64,000 bases of DNA, from NCBI GenBank assembly GCA_963707215.1, contig CAVPPB010000003.1:1088001-1152000 (forward strand), written 5' to 3'. The DNA is from an uncultured Chloroflexia bacterium (GTDB lineage Bacteria; Chloroflexota; Limnocylindria; Limnocylindrales; CSP1-4). The notes beneath the pieces were generated by a model. That model ran no database searches. It worked only from the letters and a program-made list of their open reading frames with translations, and was not told the DNA's origin. Positions 57,545 through 64,000 of this stretch are shown here, one piece after another. Within the stretch, counting starts at the first letter, position 1. Each line of letters opens with the position of its first letter. The position numbers were made by a program, and so were the translations under genes.

Positions 57545-58620
57545 CCCGGGGTGGTCCGGTCCGGGGCGACGGTCCTCCGGCCGGATCGAGCGGCCCCGCC
57601 CTGGGATACTTCCGGGGCGACGACGGCTACGAGCTCGAGCGCGCGGCCGACCGGATCGCCGGACGGCTCGAGGCGACCTCCGGGATCGCGCCCGAGCGGC
57701 GTCGCATCGACGGCGCCGCGACCACGGCGGGGCGGATCGCCGAGTGGGTCGCCACGGCACCGCTCTTCGGTGGCGGGACGCTGGTCGTCGTGGTCGAACC
57801 GGGGCCGCTCATCCGATCCGCTGCCGACCGGGCAGCTCTCCAGGCGGTGATGACCGGCCTGGCTCCCGGCAACGGCCTCGTGTTCCTCGACCCGACCGAC
57901 GGCACGGCGCGCCGCTCGGCGTCCTCGGACGCCCTCCGCGACGCGGTCGCGGCTGCGGGAGGCCAGACGGCCGAGCACCGGGCGCCAAGCGAGGGTCGCC
58001 TGGCGGCCTGGATCGAGGCCCGGGCAGCCGAGCGGCGCATCCCGCTCGAGCCCGGGGCGGCCAGGGTGCTCGGCGAGCGGGTCGGTGGCTACGTCCGCGA
58101 GGGCGACATCGACCGTCGCCGTATGGGCATCCAGGCGGTCAACGAGCTCGAGAAGCTGGCGCTGTACCGGGACGGTGAGCCGATCCGCCCGGTCGATGTC
58201 GAGGCGCTCGTCGCCGAGTCCGTCCCGACCTCGACCTGGGCGTTCCTCGACGCCCTCGGCGAGCGCCGGATCACCGTCGCCGTCGGGGCCCTCGATCGGC
58301 TTCTGGCCACCACCCCGGAGCCGCTCCTGCTCGCGCTCCTCCATCGCCGCCTGCGCGAGATCCTCGAGGTGGCCGATCGGCTGGCCGCCGGCATGTCGCT
58401 CCAGGCCGCGGCCCGCGAGCTCAAGCTCAAGCCGTTCCGGGCGGAGCGTCTCGCCGCCCAGGCCCGGCGCTGGGAGCTGGCCGAGCTCGATGCCGCGATC
58501 GTCGGCCTCGCCGAACTGGATGCCCGGGTCAAGGGCGTGCCGCCGGCCTCGGCCGCGCAGCGGCGAGCGGCGTTCGTCCTCTGGCTCAGGGAGCGGGTCG
58601 GGACAGCGCCGGCCCGATAG
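57541..58620 (+). CDS. holA: DNA polymerase III delta subunit
   Basis: GDD, APLFGG, LAAWI, NELEKLALY, WAFLDAL, LDARVKG; classic position after comEC. Confidence 0.85.
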   Translation: MTRGGPVRGDGPPAGSSGPALGYFRGDDGYELERAADRIAGRLEATSGIAPERRRIDGAATTAGRIAEWVATAPLFGGGTLVVVVEPGPLIRSAADRAALQAVMTGLAPGNGLVFLDPTDGTARRSASSDALRDAVAAAGGQTAEHRAPSEGRLAAWIEARAAERRIPLEPGAARVLGERVGGYVREGDIDRRRMGIQAVNELEKLALYRDGEPIRPVDVEALVAESVPTSTWAFLDALGERRITVAVGALDRLLATTPEPLLLALLHRRLREILEVADRLAAGMSLQAAARELKLKPFRAERLAAQARRWELAELDAAIVGLAELDARVKGVPPASAAQRRAAFVLWLRERVGTAPAR

Positions 58621-58674
58621 CGGTCCCGGCGACCGCCGATGTCGCGGCGACCGCCCGAGCGCCCGGCGAGCGGG

Positions 58675-58920
58675 TCAGCTCGACCAGGCCTGCTCCTGGA
58701 CGACCAGGTCGCTCTCGATCGCGAAGACGCAGCGCCCTCGGCCCAGATCCATCAGCTCGATGAGATCGGGGTCGATGTAGAGCTGGTGGCACTCCTCGCA
58801 GAGGCGTCCCGGGATGCCGAAGCAGAGTCGCTCCGTCCTGTCGGGCATCCGGAACGTCGTGTCGAACCGGGACGCGATCAGGCGGCGGGAGCAGCTCGGG
58901 CAGCGCTCGAACTGGGTCAT
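58675..58920 (-). CDS. Small YgiT/MqsA-type zinc-finger protein (81 aa)
   Basis: CPSC...IPGRLCEECHQLY; GAGGA upstream. Confidence 0.6.
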   Translation of the reverse strand: MTQFERCPSCSRRLIASRFDTTFRMPDRTERLCFGIPGRLCEECHQLYIDPDLIELMDLGRGRCVFAIESDLVVQEQAWSS

Positions 58921-59142
58921 CGTCCGGCTCGATCCTCTGCGGTCGGTCGGGGTCGTGCGACCTCGATCCGGAGGGCATCCTAGGCTCGCGCCCGGCTCCA
59001 CCGACATGACCCGACGGTACCGACCCGGAGGTACCGTCCTACGCGGAGCCGGCGCTGCGACGACCCTCGGTCGTGGAGGGACGGTGCCCGCAGGGACCGG
59101 TCGTGGAGCCCGGGGTCGCCCCGCCCGCGTCGCCGAGCGTGG

Positions 59143-59574
59143 CTACTGGACGCGAAGGATCGTCTTCGCCTGGGACCAGTGCCGCTCCAGCTGGTAGTAA
59201 TCGCGCTCGGGCGGCGTGAAGACGTGGACCACGACCCCGCCGAAGTCGAGCAGGATCCAGTGCGACCCGGCGATCCCCTCCCGCCCGATCGCCTGGACGC
59301 CCTCCTTCTTGAGCCCCTCCACGACGGCGTCGGCGATCGCGTCGATCTGACGCTCGGACCCGCCGGAGCAGATGACGAAGTGGTCGGCGACCGTCGTGAG
59401 GCCGCCGAGGTCGAGGAGGACGATGTCGGCGGCCTTTTTGTCCTCGACCAGCTCGACCACGCGGCGGGCGACCTCCAGCGAGGGCTGCTCGGCGGCCGGC
59501 ACCGGCTCGCTTCGCTCGGGCAGGCCGTCGGGACGAGGATGGGCGGGCGCCGGCTGGTCGATGGGGTCGGTCAC
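59143..59574 (-). CDS. rsfS: Ribosome silencing factor RsfS
   Basis: DKKAADI, DHFVICSG, WILLDFG, VHVF..ERDYYQLERHW; AGGAGG RBS. Confidence 0.95.
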   Translation of the reverse strand: MTDPIDQPAPAHPRPDGLPERSEPVPAAEQPSLEVARRVVELVEDKKAADIVLLDLGGLTTVADHFVICSGGSERQIDAIADAVVEGLKKEGVQAIGREGIAGSHWILLDFGGVVVHVFTPPERDYYQLERHWSQAKTILRVQ

Positions 59575-60299
59575 GATGGTCGGTCCTCCTGTCGGGGTGG
59601 ACGATACAGCCCGTGCTCCAGGATGTACGCCTCGACGGCGGCGGGCACGAGGTAGCGGATGGACCGGCCGACCCGGACCCTGGCCCGGATCGCCGTCCCC
59701 GAGATGTCGAGGCGGGGCGCGTCGAGGAGGACCACCCGGTCGGCGGCCCCCGGAACGATCGCTTCGAGCGCTCCAGGGTCGAACGGCGCGGCGCCGGGTC
59801 GCGGGACGACCGCCAGGCGACACCCGGCCAGGAGACGGTCGGGTCGTTGCCAGGTCGCGAGGCCGCGGGCGGCCTCGGTCGAGAGGATGAACCACAGGTC
59901 CGGATCGCGGCCGGCCGCCCGGTCGGCGGTCGCCAACGCCTCGATGGTGTCGACCGAGTACGACGGCCCGGGCCGCTCAAGCTCGATCGCCGACGAACGG
60001 AACCACCGGTTCCCCTCGATGGCCAGCTCGAGCATCGCCAGGCGGTCCGCTCCGGCGCTGACCGGTCGGCCCGTCTTCTGCCAGGGGACCCCGGTCGGGA
60101 TGAAGACCACCTCCTCAAGGCCCAGCTGCTCGCGCGCCTCCTCGGCCGCCGCCAGGTGCCCCAGGTGGATGGGATCGAAGGTCCCGCCGAGGATCCCCAG
60201 CCGGCCGGGCCGTGTCGCCAGCGGGGCCGGGGGGTCGAGCGGGTCGAGTGGCCGGTCCGGCTGGGTCGCGCTCGGATCCGGTCGACGCTCGGCGGTCAT
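59571..60299 (-). CDS. nadD: Nicotinate-nucleotide adenylyltransferase
   Basis: GILGGTFDPIHLGH, SYSVDT, ISGTAIR, YLVP..YI..HGLY. Confidence 0.95.
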   Translation of the reverse strand: MTAERRPDPSATQPDRPLDPLDPPAPLATRPGRLGILGGTFDPIHLGHLAAAEEAREQLGLEEVVFIPTGVPWQKTGRPVSAGADRLAMLELAIEGNRWFRSSAIELERPGPSYSVDTIEALATADRAAGRDPDLWFILSTEAARGLATWQRPDRLLAGCRLAVVPRPGAAPFDPGALEAIVPGAADRVVLLDAPRLDISGTAIRARVRVGRSIRYLVPAAVEAYILEHGLYRPPRQEDRPS

Positions 60300-60312
60300 G
60301 GACGGCGGCCGC

Positions 60313-61611
60313 TCAAGGACGGTCCTCGAACACGTCGGGCTCCCATTCGAGCTCCTGGCGGCCGATCCGGACGGCGTCGCCGGGTGCGACCCCGTGCCGC
60401 CGCAGCTCGGCCTCGATGCCGAGGCGCGCCAGGTCGCGCTGGAAGCGGGCGGCCGACTCCTCGTTCTCGAAGTCCGTCTGGGCGACGATCCGCTCGATCC
60501 GCCGACCGCGGACCCGGTAGACACCGGCCTCCTCTCGCTCGACGGAGAAGGCGTCCCGGGCCGCCTCCAGGCGGTGGACCACGACGCCGGACGGCTCGGG
60601 CGGGGCATCGAGCTCCGCGGCCGAGGGCAGCAGGCTGGCCAGGCGAGCGCGCAGGCCGGGCAGCCCGTCGCCTTTGGCCGCGGAGATGCCGACGCACTCG
60701 AGCCCATCCCGCTCACGGGCTCGCCGGAAGTCGTCCCAGGCGGCTGCAGCCGCGGGCACGTCGAGCTTGTTGAAGGCCACCAGCATCGGCTTGGCCAGCA
60801 GGGCGGGGTCATGGGCCTCGAGCTCGTCTCGGACGACCTCGAAGTCCCAACCGGGGTCGCGTGACGAGCCGTCGACCACGTGGACGAGGATGCGGGTCCG
60901 CTCGACATGCCGGAGGAAGGCGTGACCGAGGCCGGCGCCCTGGCTGGCGCCTTCGATGAGCCCGGGCACGTCGGCGATCGTCGGACGCCGCGGGTCGTCG
61001 TCACCGAGGTCGAGGACGCCGAGGTTCGGCTCGAGGGTGGTGAAGGGGTAGTCGGCGATCTTGGGTCGCGCCGCAGTGAGGGCCGCCAGCAGGGTGGACT
61101 TTCCGGCGTTCGGCAGCCCCACGAGCCCGACGTCGGCGATGAGGCGGAGCTCGAGCCGCAGCCAGTGCTCCTCGCCGGGCTCGCCCTTCTGGGCATGGCG
61201 CGGCGTCCGGTGGGTCGCGGTGGCGAAGTGGACGTTGCCCAGGCCGCCCCGTCCGCCCTTTGCCACCATCGCCGTCTGCTCGGTCGCCACGAGGTCGGCC
61301 AGCAGGGCATCGGCGGCATCGTCGTAGACAGCCGTGCCTGGGGGCACCGCGAGGGTGAGGTCGCGCCCGGCCTTGCCGTGACGGCGGGAGCGCTCGCCCC
61401 GGCCACCGCTCTCGGCCCGGAAGTGGTGCTTGTACTGGAAGTCGCGAAGGGTCGTCAGCCCCGGGTCCACGGTGAGGTGGACCGAACCGCCACGACCGCC
61501 GTCGCCACCGTCGGGGCCGCCCCGCGGGACATGGGCCTCCCGGCGGAACGTGGCCGCGCCGTCACCGCCGGCGCCGGCTCGGACGAGGATCTTCACTCGA
61601 TCAAGGAACAT
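60313..61611 (-). CDS. obgE: GTPase ObgE/CgtA
   Basis: GGPDGGDGG, GLPNAGKSTL, YPFTT, DVPGLIEGA, NKLD and a C-terminal OCT domain. Confidence 0.97.
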   Translation of the reverse strand: MFLDRVKILVRAGAGGDGAATFRREAHVPRGGPDGGDGGRGGSVHLTVDPGLTTLRDFQYKHHFRAESGGRGERSRRHGKAGRDLTLAVPPGTAVYDDAADALLADLVATEQTAMVAKGGRGGLGNVHFATATHRTPRHAQKGEPGEEHWLRLELRLIADVGLVGLPNAGKSTLLAALTAARPKIADYPFTTLEPNLGVLDLGDDDPRRPTIADVPGLIEGASQGAGLGHAFLRHVERTRILVHVVDGSSRDPGWDFEVVRDELEAHDPALLAKPMLVAFNKLDVPAAAAAWDDFRRARERDGLECVGISAAKGDGLPGLRARLASLLPSAAELDAPPEPSGVVVHRLEAARDAFSVEREEAGVYRVRGRRIERIVAQTDFENEESAARFQRDLARLGIEAELRRHGVAPGDAVRIGRQELEWEPDVFEDRP

Positions 61612-61737
61612 CACGCTCGATTGTCCCATGACCGGGCCTCGGGACCGGGCCCCATCGAGCGGAGGATCGCGCGCCCCGGAACGCGACGACGACGGGCGCG
61701 GGGCCCGGCGTCGTCAGCGGTGGATCGAGCGGTCGGC

Positions 61738-63090
61738 CTAGTAGTAGGCCAGCGGGTTGACCCGGTTGTCGCGGCCGTTGGCCCACGGGTAGCCGCGGGT
61801 GACCTCGAAGTGGAGGTGCGGGCCGTACGCCCAGCCGGTCGAGCCGGCGCGGCCGACGGCCTGCCCACGGGCGACACCCTGGCCCCGCGAGACGAGGACC
61901 CGCGACAGGTGGTTGTAGGTCGTGTAGAGGCCGTTGCCGTGATTGACCCAGACGACGTAGCCGCCGCCGTTGTTCTTCCAGCCGGCATAGACGACCGTCC
62001 CGGCTGCCGCCGAGTAGACCTTGTCACCGGTCTTGGCGGCGATGTCGAGCCCGTGGTGACCGGCCCGGTAGTACTGGATGATCCGGTGGCCGGGCATCGG
62101 CCAGGCGAGTCGGCCGCCTGAGTAGGACGGCGCCGAACCACCACCACCACTGCCGCCGCCGGAGCTGGATGTGCGCGGCCGGGCCGTCGGCTTCGGCGTG
62201 GGCTTGGGCGTGGGCGTGGCGATCGCCTCGCCTCGCGCGCCGGGCAGGATCAGGACCTGGTCCACGACCAGATCGGCGTCGATGAGGCCGTTGTAGGCGA
62301 TGATCTCGCCAACCTCGACCTTGTGGGCCGCGGCCAGTGAGTCAAGCGTGTCGCCGGCCTTGACCGTCACGACGAGGCCGTCGACGGGTGGGATGATCAG
62401 GTCCTGGCTCTGCTTGAGGTCCTTGGTCTTGAGGTCGTTCGCCCACCAGATCGTCATCATCGAGACGCCGAACCTGTTGGCGATGCCGGTCAGCGTGTCG
62501 CCGGCCTTCACCTCGTAGGTCTGAAGACGCTCGCTGGCGTCGGGGACCGTCGGATCGACGGCGATCGGCTTCAGCAGCGTGCCGTCGGCCAGGAACTGGC
62601 TCATCGGGAAGGACTCGGGTTCGTCCGCCGCATCGGCGGCAAGGGCGTTCGCCGGGGCGCCGAGCGCTTCCTGGGACCCGGCCTCGGCGACCAGATCGGC
62701 GGTGCCGTCTCCCGTGGCGGCCTCGGCCGGACCGATGACGCCGCCACCGATGACGATCCGCGGGCTGGTCTGGTCGACCTTCGTGGGGGCGCCGGTCGTC
62801 GGCGCGACGCTCAGGATCGAGGCGGCGACCACGAGGCCGGCGACGGCCACGGGGAGGGCACGTTCTCGACCCGAGAGGCCGGCGATGGAACCAGCCAACC
62901 GGCGGGACGCCGTACGGGTGGTCTCGGCGATCGCGGCGGGGTCGCTGCGGCGGACCGACCGGAGCCGGTCCAGGGGGGTCACGGGATGGGCAGCATCACG
63001 GCTGCGGGAGGGGGCGCCGTCGGGCGTACTCGGGGGAGCGGGACGCAAGCGTGCCAGTGCGCGGCGCACGCCGATGATCACGTTCGGCAA
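61738..63090 (-). CDS. LysM x2 + M23 peptidase (cell-wall endopeptidase)
   Basis: YEVKAGDTL..IA, VKAGDTL, HHGLDIA, YNHL, GPHLHFEV; TM anchor; start uncertain (63090 or 63102). Confidence 0.9.
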   Translation of the reverse strand: MPNVIIGVRRALARLRPAPPSTPDGAPSRSRDAAHPVTPLDRLRSVRRSDPAAIAETTRTASRRLAGSIAGLSGRERALPVAVAGLVVAASILSVAPTTGAPTKVDQTSPRIVIGGGVIGPAEAATGDGTADLVAEAGSQEALGAPANALAADAADEPESFPMSQFLADGTLLKPIAVDPTVPDASERLQTYEVKAGDTLTGIANRFGVSMMTIWWANDLKTKDLKQSQDLIIPPVDGLVVTVKAGDTLDSLAAAHKVEVGEIIAYNGLIDADLVVDQVLILPGARGEAIATPTPKPTPKPTARPRTSSSGGGSGGGGSAPSYSGGRLAWPMPGHRIIQYYRAGHHGLDIAAKTGDKVYSAAAGTVVYAGWKNNGGGYVVWVNHGNGLYTTYNHLSRVLVSRGQGVARGQAVGRAGSTGWAYGPHLHFEVTRGYPWANGRDNRVNPLAYY

Positions 63091-63390
63091 TGCAATCTCC
63101 AAGGAGGACGGCCAGGGCGCGGGGCGGGGCGCTGGAGTGGCTCGGGAGGCCGTCCGGTCGCGGTATTGAGCTGGGGTCTCGATACTGCGTGTTGGCGCCT
63201 GGGCTGGCGTATGACGTCGGAACGCTACCAGACGGTGACACGCCGCGCAAACGGCCAGCGGGCGAGTACATCCGTCACGGCTTCCGGGCCGAATGGACCT
63301 AGTCGGGGTCGGAGCCTCGTCCCGGCCGGGCGGCCGACCCGCCGACGGCAGGCCCCGCGACGCCGTCCAGCGCCCCGGCTCCGGGAGGGT

Positions 63391-64000
63391 TCAGGCGTCG
63401 AGGCTCTTGGTCAGGCCCGCCAGGAACTCGACGTTGGTCTGGGTCTTGGCGAGGCGGTTGAGGAGCAGCTCGATGCCCTCGTTGGTGCCGACAGCCGAGA
63501 GCATCCGGCGCATCGTCCAGACCATCTTGAGGGTGCCGTCCTCGAGGAGCAGCTCCTCGCGCCGGGTCCCCGAGCGCTGGACGTCGATGGCCGGGAAGAT
63601 GCGCTTCTCGGCCAGCTTGCGATCGAGGATGAGCTCGCTGTTGCCGGTGCCCTTGAACTCCTCGTAGATGACGTCGTCCATCCGCGACCCGGTGTCGACG
63701 AGGCAGGTGGCGACGATCGTCAGCGAGCCGCCCTCCTCGATGTTCCGGGCTGCGCCGAAGAAGCGCTTCGGAGGATACAGGGCGATGGGGTCGATGCCGC
63801 CCGACAACGTCCGTCCGGACGGGGGCAGGGCCAGGTTGTAGGCTCGCGCCAGCCGGGTGATGGAGTCCAGGAGGATGACCACGTCGCGGCCGGTCTCGAC
63901 CTGGCGCTTGGCGATCTCCAGGGCCATCTCGGCCACATGGGTGTGGTTCTCGGTCGGCTCGTCGAACGTCGAGCTGATGACCTCGCCCTTCACCGACCGG
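63391..64000 (-). CDS. rho: Transcription termination factor Rho, C-terminal part
   Basis: [58 protein letters not shown]. Confidence 0.97.
   Translation of the reverse strand, partial: RSVKGEVISSTFDEPTENHTHVAEMALEIAKRQVETGRDVVILLDSITRLARAYNLALPPSGRTLSGGIDPIALYPPKRFFGAARNIEEGGSLTIVATCLVDTGSRMDDVIYEEFKGTGNSELILDRKLAEKRIFPAIDVQRSGTRREELLLEDGTLKMVWTMRRMLSAVGTNEGIELLLNRLAKTQTNVEFLAGLTKSLDA

Noticed and set aside
63100-63390. c-di-AMP (ydaO) riboswitch upstream of the M23 peptidase, and a T-box before leuS
   Set aside because: I could not find the consensus motifs by eye; an Infernal/Rfam scan would settle it

Overview
Very high-GC bacterial chromosome segment (roughly 70-75% by eye, not computed). 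Gram-positive-type SOS boxes, many leaderless genes and a DUF5679-like protein suggest Chloroflexota (inference). Core genes: hemW (partial), lepA, rpsT with a long basic tail, gap-pgk-eno, leuS, comEA-comEC-HD-holA, obgE-nadD-rsfS, a LysM/M23 peptidase, rho (partial) and three tRNAs (Ala-CGC, Tyr-GTA, Ala-GGC). Accessory content: a split SOS mutagenesis cassette (imuA-imuB-DUF6504 and dnaE2, each with its own LexA box) interrupted by three opposite-strand single-TM micro-ORFs; a murT-gatD operon whose GatD lacks the catalytic Cys; an ECF sigma/beta-propeller module; a methyltransferase between 107-bp perfect direct repeats of an LLM gene 5' end; an eroded aminotransferase duplicate; and a CGNR regulator facing two micro-proteins. 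Many frameshifts between about 13 and 28 kb, plus a frameshift and a stop in essential leuS, look like sequencing/consensus errors. I found no integrase, transposase, CRISPR array or rRNA.
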